A stretch of 63,064 nt of DNA, filler included, from Collodictyon triciliatum (taxonomy: Eukaryota), in assembly GCA_043381765.1 (NCBI GenBank). It is 5 parts of 5 records of this genome, joined end to end, with 100 filler letters (N's around TTAATTAATTAA, not from the genome) between each part and the next. Parts side by side here need not be neighbours in the genome. Positions count along the whole stretch, not along the records: positions 35,530 to 53,182 come from JBHJMP010001432.1; positions 53,283 to 59,474 come from JBHJMP010001518.1; positions 59,575 to 63,064 come from JBHJMP010001553.1; 2 more parts are not named here. The stretch is one strand, 5' to 3'. The translations under genes were made by a program, and so were the position numbers. The first letter of the stretch is position 1. Each line of letters starts with the position of its first letter. Shown here piece by piece: positions 45,301-63,064 of the stretch. The notes beneath the pieces were generated by a model, which saw nothing but the letters and a program-made list of their open reading frames with translations, had not been told where the DNA came from and made no database searches.

Positions 45301-45700
45301 TGTAAAACCTCCCTGTTTTCTTGTTTGCCGTGGTTTTTTTCTCTCTTTCTCTCATAGAGAAACCAGACTTGAAGAGGACAGGAATATGTGGATTTTCCTA
45401 GTGCTTTCATATGTCTCTTTCTCTCTCATTCTCTCCAGCTTATGAGACTCCCTCTCCTCTTTGCCAGCCTTTCGCCTGGCCCGCGTTATTGAGTCAAACC
45501 CGGGCACATAAGGATTGACTTGGCCTGTTGCGCTCCCGCAAACAAACTCGGAGCCATTTTTCTCTCTCTGGCATGTTTCTTGGAAAATAGGACTTTTTTT
45601 CATCCTCTCTGTCTCCTGGGCGAATATTTGCAGTATGTTTTCTCCCATGTAAAATTTTCCTTCGATCGCGTAGGATTGACAAGGGAGAAAATGGCAGTGC
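42358..45700 (-). CDS. Multi-exon hypothetical protein with acidic low-complexity C-terminus
   Basis: Coding-like blocks with GT/AG edges at ~45400-45700, 44630-44890, 43900-44280, 43220-43545 and 42358-42840. No domain recognised; the start and the number of genes are uncertain. Confidence 0.5.
44984..45082. repeat. (TTTG)n microsatellite
   Basis: Seen directly. Confidence 0.95.
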
Positions 45701-46875
45701 GTGTGCCTGTTTAGATGGGTGTCTCTTGGCTTCCTTTACGCCGCATCTGATTATGCTCTTTTGTGGTGATCATGGTTTTGTCATGGTTTTACATAGTTTC
45801 TGAAAAGCTTGTCTCACTTTATTTTTGTATGCATTCTCTTCGTTTTCTATTCGTTTCTTAATCATTTTCATTTCTCTCTCTCTCTCTTATGATATCTTCC
45901 TCATTCATTTCATTCAATTTTTACATCTAAATTCTCATTTTTAATTTATCTTTCTTCGTCATCATCATCTTCATCTTCATTCTGTTAAGAACCAGCAACG
46001 TCTCTCAAAACAAGTGGATTTGTATTACTTCTAGTGCAGCAATCGATCGGAGGCCTGCAAGAAAGCGCCAGGTGTCGTGGATCCTTCTATTATTTGAATA
46101 TATAAGAAAAAATGTTACCTATGAGCTTTGCTGGTCGCACACGGACTTTTATCCCACCTTCGTCTTGTTTTCGCAAAGAAAAAGCAACCCGAGTGTACCG
46201 TACTTAGTCTGTGCCCACAGTCCAGCCATTTTTTCCCGATTTTCCTGTTGCTATGGCGCTTAAGGGGAATCTTAAGACATTTTGCACCAGAAGAAAAAAA
46301 CAGATATCCGATTTTCAATAGCACTAGAGAACCGGATGTCAAAACATAATCGCTCCCTATTCCAATTTAGGAACAATGTAAGATTCTGCACTGAAATACT
46401 TTGAATCGATTAAAGGGAAAAAAGATTCTTCACTGAAATATTGAGAAACCCTTCACACATATTTTTTTTCGATTGAAGCAATAGACGGAAAAATGCGCGA
46501 AAGAACACCCCTTTCAGGCGGCATGGTATTAAGAGAATCAACAAATTAGGACATTACATGAATGCATTGTCTTCTTCTAATATACACACATATATATTAT
46601 TAATGGTATTATTACATATTATAAAAGAGATAGAAGTTAATTATTGGCATCAATAAAATTATAATCTTATTTTCCACAAATAATTTATACTTCTGGAAAA
46701 TACACAATCAATTTTGTGGTTCTTTGGGGCTGCTGATCTGTGGAACCTCTCCCGTTCCACCACACCCAGCATCTGTAGGTATTGGCAATACAGACTCGTT
46801 TTGCCCTTCCGTCCCCACCACACAGATTTACATTTTCATTACAACTGTAGAAGGGAAGTGCTAATTCAAACGACT

Positions 46876-52362
<5,487 letters not shown>

Positions 52363-53049
52363 TACACATCCCTCTTCGATTGATTTTTTTTTCCCGCTTC
52401 TTCACCATCATCTCATTCTTCCCTCTCCCCCTTATCTCTTTTCAATAAACGCATATTTCTATTCTCGCCCCGGCACCAACCTCGCAGGGGCACACGACTG
52501 GATTAACTCCCGAGTGTCCTCGTTCCAACATCCTGAATCTCTTCTACTGGACTAATTTCGTGAATATCTGTTTCACTGCATTTAACCACACCCGATCCGG
52601 CAGCTGCTTTGTCCCTATAACAATGACGTGACCCCGATATTTCCACAATAAGAACAACCATTATGGACGCCAATTGCAATCCATGTATCTCACTCAGGCA
52701 CAAATATAGTTCATTCCCAATTTGGGCCGCCCCGGCGCTGTTGGTACTTCCAATTTGGAATGCGAGTGTGCCATGAGCTGAGGGCTGTGGCGCGCGGAAA
52801 TGCTCTGATGTGACCAAACACCCGATGGAAAGAGAGGACGGGCGAAAGCGGGGAAATCCGCGGGATGGGTCGGCAGCGCAGCAGAGCGAGCAGACGGGAG
52901 AAGAATCGGAACAAAGGCAGCGACAACAGCAGCGGCGCCGGGCCGCGTGATGAAGAGTCTTTGTCGCCAACGCACGTGGCTCTTTTGGATGGACAAATCA
53001 CGCGAGAAACAGGATGGGACAGGATAGCGCCTGATGATGCGATAGCGAG

Positions 53050-53182
53050 TGAGAAAGAGAAAAGAGAAAGAGAAAATGAAAGAGAAAGAGAAAGAGAAAG
53101 AGAAAGAGAAAGAGAAAGAGAAAGAGAAAGAGAAAGAGAAAGAGAAAGAGAAAGAGAAAGAGAAAGAGAAAGAGAAAGAGAA
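53050..53182. repeat. (AGAAAG)n repeat at a contig end
   Basis: Seen directly. Confidence 0.95.
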
Positions 53183-53282
53183 NNNNNNNNNNNNNNNNNN
53201 NNNNNNNNNNNNNNNNNNNNNNNNNNTTAATTAATTAANNNNNNNNNNNNNNNNNNNNNNNNNNNNNNNNNNNNNNNNNNNN
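53183..53282. other. Artificial contig spacer N-TTAATTAATTAA-N
   Basis: 12-mer at 53227-53238 between N runs. Confidence 0.97.
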
Positions 53283-54115
53283 CCTACTCGCGTTTGCTCT
53301 CTCCCATGCGCTCCCATCCCGCCCCTTTGTATGGCATAACCTCGCTACACTTTGAATCGAATAAAGGAAAAAAAAAATATTCCGCCCCCGTTATCCGGGA
53401 AAATCTTTCTTGGTGCACAGAGGCACCGGGCAAAGAGCCTCGTTGCAATCTTTCCGCAAAGAGACGATATATATATATGGAAATACCAAACACAATGCTG
53501 CCACACGTCAGAACGTGGCTCGCATGACACCATCAAATCCAAGTACGGCAACATTCAACGAGAGTTCATGATGGCAAACGGATACCGGTGATGCAATCCA
53601 GCCTGAAACCCATTCTTCCATTTAAGCACATTTTGAACAATGTTCCAAATATCCGCAAATAGTCATTTTCTTGGCCAGCAAGAGCATTTTACCATGAACT
53701 CTACCACGAAAAGAATTCTCAGAGTTTTTTATGGGAAACTCGGCCATCACACACCTCACGATTGAAGAAGGGCCTTTACATTTTTGAAATTTGCTCATCG
53801 CATATAAATTGAGAAAAGAATAAAGCTTTTGAGGGAATACGCAGAGGCGCTGGTATGTATTCAAATAGAAGCACCCAAACGTATTCGTTGCGGGTGGTAG
53901 AATTACACATGGAAAACGAACCCAATCCAGAGGGGAACCCCACCCATATTCAAAATCACAGCAACCGCAAAAGCGGGTCTCTTACAGATAGCAAACCAAC
54001 ACTTATGATTATCTCACGAAGTAAAAGAGGATTTTTTTTCAAATCATTTTCAAACAATAAACCCTATATTTTCTAGCCTCATTATAAAATCGCACACAGA
54101 CAAGTAAAGGGCAAG

Positions 54116-57100
54116 ATGGACACTGGAAACACATCCTGGATATTGGTATATTATGATTCACTTGCACAAAAGCATTTAAAAGTCTCTTCTTTTTGCCTCT
54201 TATGCAAAACTTTATTCCATTCACGCATTCGAAATAGCACTTTGATCCCTAATCGAAAATAGAAAAAGCTTAAAGTAAGATACATAAACGGAAAATATGT
54301 AAAAACAATAATCAAAGCTGTTGTTTTTCTAAATCCAATCCCTGCCTCTCCATGCCACACTTTCATACTTTGATATCGCGCTGCCAAATTGAATATATCT
54401 TAATACGACGCTGTCATGGGACGAAAATTAGACTTCAACGGCTTTGGTCATGCTCATGGTACCTTTCATACAACACGGAGAACATAGCCGACTCTTTCTT
54501 CAAACATAATGATAATGTTTTCATGCGAAAAACGGCGGTATAATGAGCAGATATTTTAGACTCCAGGGTTGGCTTTCTTCTACTCTGGCGCTGGTGGAAA
54601 GAAATGGGTTCTATCAACGATGATGAGCTCACTTCTATCTCTGGCGATTGTGTCTGTCCAAGTAAAGAGTTACATTCATTTATTTGTCAGACTTTATGAA
54701 ACCAGATGAATGTCTATCACTATTGATTTTTTTGGTTTCTTTTCAATAGTTTGTCAATCACTATAGATATAATTGAATGGATTTAAGTAATATACCATTT
54801 TCTTCAGTTTGATATTCCAGCATCTCAAATATTACAAAGATTTCATATATTCAATATGAAGAAAACTTTTGTAAATTCCCAGTCACAAAAAGTTTCCATA
54901 ATTTAAACAATCTTATCTATATATCTATTTTCTTGCCGTGTGCTTCGTCGGAAATGACAGTTTTTTTAATACACCCAACACTATAATGGCTCATAGTGGT
55001 TCTTTTGGGGATACTCTCTCTCCTTTGCTGAAAGTGACTCTGGCTTCATCGGGGACTTACGTAATAATTTAACTGCACCAAAATATTTTACCAGTTCTTC
55101 TGTCTGGATGACATATCCTATGCCACTTTATAACCACTTAAAATATTCGTATCTTGATTATACATAGGCTACATGGGATTGAGAGAGATTGCTGTTGGGA
55201 TACCCCATCCAAATGCGCCTACAATTCCCCATGTGGTCTACATGATATACCAATGGTATAATGTTATTTTCTTCTTATGCCCACCTAAATTCATAAAAAT
55301 TCGTTCCTCTGACCTTAACTTACCTGTCAAGCATGTTTGCGGTGGTTACACCAGCGATTGCCTTTGGCGCAGCTGTAGAACGAGCTAGACTGGTGCCGTA
55401 CATGTTATTTCTTGTTCTTTGGTCAACTCTCGTCTATGATGTAATTGCTTACTGGACCTGGGCTCCAAAAGGCTGGCTCCGAGGTCCGTATACGCTTTTT
55501 GTTAAATTGCGTGAATAATTGTATGATATAATATAATATAATAGCAACAAAAAAACATGATAAAAAGAAAAAAGTATGGGTGGCAGGCAAACTTTAAAAG
55601 TCATATCCATTTCTTTTTATCAAGATGAATTGTCTATGCCCAAAATTGATTGTTTTTTTTTTTAATGAGCCCATACTTAAATATCTAGATATGGGAGCTC
55701 TGGATTTCGCTGGTGGAACAGCTGTTCATATTTCTTCAGGCTTTGCTGGCCTGGCCTACTGCATGGTGGTTGGGCCACGTAAAGACAAGAAAGGTGCAAA
55801 CAATCCAGTTTACGTTATTCTTGGCACTGGTCTACTCTGGTTTGGATGGCTTGGATTTAATGGTTTATTTATATTCAAAAAGATCTCTTGTAACGGTTCA
55901 AAGCCGTGCATATTATTTCATCTGACATCTCCACAAGAGAGGGATACCTCCTATTAATTTTCATATATCTTTTTACATGCATTATCTATTTTTGCTTTCA
56001 GGTGGCTCCGCAGCTGCCGCAAATTCTAGAGCGGGCAATGCAGTTCTTGTTACCCACCTCACTGCTGCATGGTCAGGAATTGTATGGTTGTGTGTGGATT
56101 TAGTGATGACAGGCAAGATGAATGCGGTCGGGTTTTGTAATGGTCAGTGTCTCTTGTCTTTTGACAGTATGAAAGGAAAGCATCACTCAAAAAACTGTAT
56201 GTTCATATCTTAGCATAGTCATCAATTAGTACTGCGCTTACCATGGTCAAATAGGCGCTGTAGCGGGGCTAGTAACGGTCACACCTGCATCGGGGTACAT
56301 CGAAGCACCAAGTTGTCTTGCTTTTGGATTCTGTGGCGCAGTATGCTGTTACTTTGCGTGTAAGGCAAAGGAAAAGCTTCAATACGACGACGCCTTGGAT
56401 TGTCTCGGTGTTCACGGAGTTGGTGGTTTCGTAAGTCCTACATTGATATTATATCATTTAAGCTATATATATCCAAGACGCTGTTATTTCATGTTTGTGA
56501 TTTTTCGATTTGAATGTTAGATTGGGAACATATTGACAGGAATATTTGCGTCCGAAAATATTGTTGCGCTGGATGGTACATGCACAAGCAAACATGACGT
56601 ACCACTTTGCACCCCTGGTAATACATTATTTTTTTAAAAAGACTTTATGTAAAACGCAACAACTGTACATACTATGATGTGTTCAATTTATTTGCATTAT
56701 TGTAACATACAGATATTTTAAAGTAAATATGACGGCGTTCCATACTGATATATTGATAGGCGGCTGGGTCAATGACTACTACATCCAAGTCCCTATCCAA
56801 ATCCTTTCCTCAGTGGTCGTTGCTGTTTACTCGTTTGCTGTAACATACGTTATCCTCTGGATTCTAAACAAAATTCCGCGGTGCCATCTTCGTGCATCTG
56901 CTGAAGACGAGTTGGTTGGATTGGATATCACAGAAATAGGCCAGACTGCATGTACGTAGACTCTAATTCAACTTTTCTCAAGTCTTTTTCTTTTATTTCG
57001 CCTCGCCACTTTAACATTTATAAAGGGGTCTATATGTCTTCAAACTAAATATTTTCTATAAAATTACACTCGTCCTTATCACAGACCCCTATCTGGATGA

Positions 57101-57374
57101 TATCCAACCAATCATGCTGCCAGACTTTTTACAAGCGGACCCATGTGCATGTAAGATTCGGTCCTGGGCTTATTCGAACAGTATCGCTACTGGTGGTGCA
57201 AACAGTGAGAGTGGTGATGGGAATATTTGCTGTAATGGTAGAGGAGAGACCCAAACAACAGACGCAGGCGTGCAAAAGATAACACCTATGCTTTTCCAGG
57301 CGCGTGAATCTTCCACCTCGAGCATTCCTCGTGAACGTAATTTATTCCTTCACTATCTGTTTGTTTTAAATTGA
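54116..57374 (+). CDS. amt: Ammonium transporter, Amt/Mep (AmtB/MEP-like), about 12 exons
   Basis: Exons [10 protein letters not shown] / TSTALVMLM / [10 protein letters not shown] / [14 protein letters not shown] / [10 protein letters not shown] / [17 protein letters not shown] / [27 protein letters not shown] / [29 protein letters not shown] / [18 protein letters not shown]. Both pore histidines are present. The last exon end is uncertain. Confidence 0.95.
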
Positions 57375-59474
57375 TGATTACATACCATCCACTTGAGGAA
57401 ATCATCCTGATGAAGGAATGTATTATCAAAATCGCATACATTCCTACCGGAACAATATATCCATATCTTCTGCGATGTAGTCTTGGCCATGTTCGATCAC
57501 CACCAGCTCGTTCTTTGGATTGGTAGTCTTGACATTCCTCATGTAGTTGACAAGGTAAGCCCAGGAGAAAGGAACACTCATTCGAGTCACATTTATTTCG
57601 TGCCCGTCACTGGTGCATTACACCTGTAATATGTCGACTTATCGCCACATTCGGTAGGTGAAGTCTGACAAGGTCATCGGGCATGATATCATTTCTGCCG
57701 ATGCCGATGGCATGGTATCATATTTCGGGGCTGCTGAGGCCCAAAAAATACTGCAGAGCATTCAATAGAAAACCAACGCGATAGTAGGCCGCACCAATCT
57801 CTTCCCTTGTTATTGCTGGTTACTTAGCTTCCTCTCGCTGGGGCAGAGGTTCTCTTTTGTCAGCAGTCCACAGGGCAATCATAATACACAACCTTCCAAC
57901 GGGAATAAAACGTCTAGGGTAATAAACTGACGTAATGTCCCTTGTTCAACTGCAATTTGTGTGAACCTCCGGATTTGCGGTTTTAGGTGTACATCCTTTT
58001 GTCTGCTTTTTCATATAGCGAGACTATGTATTGATGAGCTATTTTCAACACCAAAATACTGAGGATTGAAGGGTCATTGCTTTTTCAAGCATGAACGATT
58101 TGTCCATAACAAAAATAAATGGATGTCGTCCAAATATAACGAGGTTTCGCAAAGACAAAGGAGTTCAACTTTTGGGGCGAATTTCGTGTTTATGAAAAAC
58201 AATAGCGAGCGCGTGGCCCGTCATCAGTGTATGTACGCAAGAGATGTGGATGAGAGGGAATTCCAGTAATGATGATGGCATACAGAATAACACCCCAATC
58301 ACAAATGTATTGTGCACTTGCAAGATTTACAGGAAATGCACCTTCGAAAGTCGTGTGCGCCAGAGAGAGGGCATCGTACCAGAGGGGGGTTGAGATTGTT
58401 GTTGTTGCTGCTGCTGCTGAGGTGGTGATGATGGAGAAGCTGATGAGGACGGTGGCACATGAGAATTCGGTGGAGAAGTTGCACTGCTTCCAATGGTGTT
58501 GATGCGGATAGGTGACATATCATCGACTGCTGCTTCTGTTTCTGAAGACGGGTTTGCTGGGGTGCCAGAAGTGAGAGCATCTTTGCTGTGGCCAGCTATG
58601 CTTTCATACCAGAATTCCACCATAGTGCAAACGAGATGGTCAATGTGGATGTGTGTGGTGCTATAATAGATAAGTCGATTGGTGATGGAAATATGATGAT
58701 CAATTGTGTAATGATATTATCCCGTACGTTCTTTCCTTCCGTTCGCATGTTTCGGCAATTCGCTTCATTAGAGTGACATCTGACATTTCAGGGAAACTCT
58801 TGGAAAAGTGGTTCATGACCTGGGATTTGATGAATGGTGTTTAAATCTTGAACTCTAAAAGTGTAATTAGCATTTGTTTCATTCGAAAATTCACTTACCA
58901 CAAGGTCGATTCGTGCGACAGACAAAAATTGATGATCTCTCTGGAGTTGTGTGAGAGACCCAAGGCCTCCATTTGATTGCAAAATCCACAATATAAACCT
59001 GAATTAAATACCGTTCCATAGTATGAACACGAGGAAAGAATCGACAGATAAGGTTTGACTTAAGCTATTGAGTCAACTAAGGGTAAATTCAATTATGGTT
59101 CCCAATGTACATGAATTTTAATTTCTATAATTAAAGTATCGCAGGGAGATAGAATCGGTAAAGGAAATTGAACAAGTACATCACGAAATTAAAAGCTTCT
59201 AGTCGGATAGGGTCATGCATCCCACAAAAGCGGCCAAACAAATGTGACAAAAGATCTTGTTCCTTGTAGTGATCTAAACTCCTTATCAAATTACGCAGAT
59301 GCTGGTGTGGTTCATAGCGTTTGTTAGGATTGAAGTGCATTTTTTTTTAAAAAAAAAATCTTGATGGCAAAATTATCAAAATATTTCATTATGGTAACCC
59401 CCCCCCCCCCCCCCCAAAAAAAAAATTTTTTAAGTAAAAAAAAAAAAAACAACAAAAAAAAAAAAAAAAAGAAT

Positions 59475-59574
59475 NNNNNNNNNNNNNNNNNNNNNNNNNN
59501 NNNNNNNNNNNNNNNNNNTTAATTAATTAANNNNNNNNNNNNNNNNNNNNNNNNNNNNNNNNNNNNNNNNNNNN
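59475..59574. other. Artificial contig spacer N-TTAATTAATTAA-N
   Basis: 12-mer at 59519-59530 between N runs. Confidence 0.97.
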
Positions 59575-59714
59575 AAAAACAAATGTGTTGTAAAAAAGTT
59601 TGGCGTGCTTAAAAAAAAAAAAAAAAAAAAAAAAAGATATTTTCAGGTACGCATGTCTGTGTATATGAATTGTAGAAAAGAATTTATATGGAGAGAAAGC
59701 AAAAGGCCTCATTA

Positions 59715-62682
59715 CAAGAATGACATCATCATCGCGAGCACGGCGAAGACTCTCCTCCATGTTGAGTCTCTCGCCTTCGACTCTTTCAAGTCTCTGGCTG
59801 AGCTGGTCAATTTCGTCATCCTGTGACTCAAATTCCTCACGGGCTGTCTGAAGTTTCTCCAAGAGTAATGAGAGGACAACAACCTATTTTTGGTTTCCAT
59901 CATATTGTGAATCAGGGCAGAGAAGGGTTTGATATGGGAAAATGAAGTTTGGTAGATGTGCAACATATTTCCAAATAGCGGCGGTATTATAATTCGATCG
60001 TAATTCACCTTCTCTCCAACATCTTCCTGAGCCATTTGCACTTTGCGTTGCAGAAGGCCGATTTGCTCTTCTCTGGATCTTAAGTCATCCTCGATGTGCT
60101 CGATTTGGTCGTTCTACGTATTAAAGTATCAATTATGCATCGTTTTTTTTTAAGAAAGAGAAAAGTGAAGAGCGAGTGTGCATGAGAATCCACCACAGAC
60201 ACGGTTTGGTTTCTGATTCGAGACAGTTTGATGTGTAGGTATGTCATGTTGCCAGTAAATTGTAATTTCAAATTTTGATCTCAGCACTAGGGCCACATTT
60301 CTTCAACTAGATTATTTTTTTTAAAAAAAAAACAATATTTTGATGTGTGTTTTGTGGATGTACCTTGTCTTCGAGTTCAGTCTTGACATACTTCAGTTCA
60401 CGACGAAGCTCCTCCAACTGGCGATCCTTCTCTTCAATCTCTTCAATTTTCCTTCGGATGACGTTTGCTTGGGTGCGTGAGTGCTCGTTCAAGTTGGCGA
60501 TTTCTTGGGCCTTCATGTCACTGTTTCATTTACAATGAAGGGCAAATGTTAGTGGATTCCAAAGAGACAGGTTTGTAGCTGCTTGATTATTTCTCAATAT
60601 GAAAATAGTCTGGGAGATTCGTAGTACCGGTCTGCAAGCAGCTGTTGATACTCTTTCTTAAGTTTCTCAAATTCGATTGTCCTGGAAAGGGTCTGCTCTT
60701 CAATTGATCGGCTCTTTCGACGAGACTCATTAACCTCATCATCACGAGCTGACAACTCATCAAGAATGTCCTTTTCCCGGGCTTCCATCAGTGCCAACAT
60801 ATCTCCTTCAAAAAGCTGAGTCTGTAGAAGTTGTACAAGATTCAGAAATGAAGTAAATGCAATTCAGTATCCCCAGATTATAAGTTGAGTATAGATAGGT
60901 TGGCTGTGAACTTATCAATAACAAAGATACTTAATAATTGTTGGAAGATTGTGACAGTTCAGTGCTTCCCTACCTTTGTTACAGGTGTTACAAAACGGAA
61001 CTTGCTGGGCACTTGGGATGTGTAGATCATTTCTTTGGCAACACGGAGGCGCTCGAGGTAATCTTTCTTCTCGAGCTGGAGTCTGTCAAGCTGTCGTGTC
61101 TTTTCTTCGAGGTTATTCTACGCAAACGAAAATATTTTAGAGATAGAAAAATCGAATGAATTAACAGGAATGTATGTATGTATATATATATATTGGTATC
61201 TTAACACTAATGTGGTTTATTTTCCAGCTTCGTGTGTGTAACTTTTGTTTTTTCATTCTTTTTTTTTCAGAGAAAGTCCTGCTAACCTGAAGATCGCCAA
61301 CACGGGCGCTGAGGCCCTGAAGCTTAATGTCACGGTCGCGGATTTGTTGGTCGTCGAAGCTAAGGCGGGCATCTAGTAGGTCAGCAAGCTTTGCATTACG
61401 GTCAACTGGAGCCTATTATGAAGAGAAAAATATATACTTTAAACGAGTGTTCTTGTCTGTCACTTCATAAAACATTTATTTTAAAGCTCCCAAATATCAA
61501 AAGGCCGAAAGACTGGTATAATAATTTTAACATGATTCTAGTGATGACAAGCATACATTAAAACCGCGTTGAAGCAACAAACGCAAATCGTCCAAGGAAC
61601 GGGACTGGCCGTCCATACTGGCGCGTAGCTCACGTTTCTCAGCTTCAAGCTATTTATCATTCAGAAAATAAGGTAGATGCAATAAAACATGGGCTCTTTA
61701 TAGAGAAAAAAATACAGTTTGAATCTAGAAAGAGTATTCTTCGGTCAAATGCGAAAGAATGTGAATGAATCGTGGATTATCAGAACACAACAAAAGTTGT
61801 TTTGGATTGTCTGAAGCACTCAACCTGCTGAATGCGGCTTTCCAAGTTGCGATTTTCTTCCGTTCGCCGCTTCAGCTGTTCGCCCACAACAGCCTGGTAG
61901 CTGTCAATGAGGTCATTCAAGTCGTCGCTTGGGCTTTGTGCACCGTACTAGACATAGAGATATTCTGTCAAGGAGTTGAAATAGATTCCTCGTTTGTATT
62001 TTAATTCCTGCAATTATTCTTCCTTTCGATTCGTGCAGTTTTTGTGTGTATGTTCGAGGGTGCTTATGACTTGTATTCATATACCTGATGAAGTTTTGTT
62101 TTGGCCCCGTTAATCACTTGGATCAGGATATCGTAATCGCGGCGTTGGCGGGTGCTCTCTTCTCTTTGGTCCGCCAACTCTTTTTCAAGTATGGCTATCT
62201 ATGGTCGGATATTGTGCATGATTTCATGTGATTTGATAACTGTACATGGCGGGGATATTAATCACCTAGCTCTCGTATTTTCTGAGCAGGAAACTGGATT
62301 AAGGAGGGAAAATAGGGTGTAATTACTCTCTGGTTCTTGGACGTGATTGTCTTCTGGGCGATTTCTTCCATAGCATAGAAGCATTGTCGTAACTGGAGCA
62401 GCATAAGTTATAAGTTTAATACAGAGGGAATGAAAATACTTTGGCCGCTGAAAAAATTCTGGCTTTTTTTCTTTCTTTTACTTCATTGTTTTTTGTTATG
62501 TTTTTTGTTTTTTTGTTTTCTGGTCATGGAATGAAAGGGAGAAATAAAAGAACCTGATTAATGTCTTGTGCTGTGACAAACTTCTTGTGGATGGCGCTTG
62601 CTGACTGAGTCCCGAAGCTGTTGGCGCTGCCCAACCCGCTGCCACTCATAGAGTTTCCGAGTCCTCCGCCACCGAAACTCAT
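59715..62682 (-). CDS. Long coiled-coil protein, multi-exon, 3'-truncated by the contig end
   Basis: MSFGGGGLGNSMSGSGLGS.. start; heptad exons IAILEKELADQRERE, MLALMEAREKDILDELSARDDEV, MKAQEIANLNEH..DRQLEELRRELK and EKLQTAREEFESQDDEIDQLSQRLE, with GT-AG edges. Confidence 0.75.
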
Positions 62683-62939
62683 TCTGTAAGCAGTAGAGGC
62701 TTTTCAAGGAATGTGTTTGGGGAATGAAGACAGACACGCAAGAAAGTCACATGACAAGGCAGAAATCTGCTTTTGTGGGCAAGATGGCAAAAAAAAATCT
62801 TGCAGAATGCTTTTGAAGTTGTTGTTTGACAAAAGGATGTCCGAGTTTTGGGCATTTAAGGATTTTCCTGAGTTGTGTGCGTGTAGTACTGATTCATGTT
62901 TGAGGACTGATTTTGGCGCGAGGAAGAGAGGGGTTCACT

Positions 62940-63011
62940 TTGTTTTGTTATTGTTATTGTTATTTTTTGTGTTTTGTTTTTTTGTTTTTTTTGTTTTTTT
63001 TGTTTTTTTTT

Positions 63012-63064
<53 letters not shown>
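62940..63064. repeat. T-rich low-complexity tract / poly(T)
   Basis: Seen directly. Confidence 0.9.

Overview
This is eukaryotic nuclear DNA: intron-rich GT-AG genes in the standard code, with many microsatellites. It is probably from a flagellated protist, judging from RSG1/CPLANE2-like, ZC2HC1-like and IQ-motif genes. The window is not contiguous: four artificial N-TTAATTAATTAA-N spacers join five separate contigs or scaffolds (about 1-17664, 17765-35429, 35530-53182, 53283-59474, 59575-63064). Main highlight: a decayed Fanzor1 (eukaryotic TnpB-family RNA-guided nuclease) at ~1.5-3.2 kb that the ORF track splits into fragments. It retains all three RuvC acidic residues and the zinc finger, carries a candidate spliceosomal intron, and is followed by a nested stem-loop region that is a candidate omegaRNA. 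Second highlight: contig 2 holds an immunity-like neighbourhood made of a NACHT/STAND NTPase with an internal 'LDGG|GQCFGK' cryptic acylation motif, two tandem N-acylated non-RD pseudokinases, a GT92-like glycosyltransferase and a Roco kinase with C-terminal LRRs on 69/138-nt phase-0 exons. The rest is an SMYD methyltransferase, an AAAP amino-acid transporter, an Amt/Mep ammonium transporter, two intronless orphan multi-TM proteins, coiled-coil proteins and several decayed regions I could not identify. All family calls come from manual translation and recalled motifs; no database searches were run.
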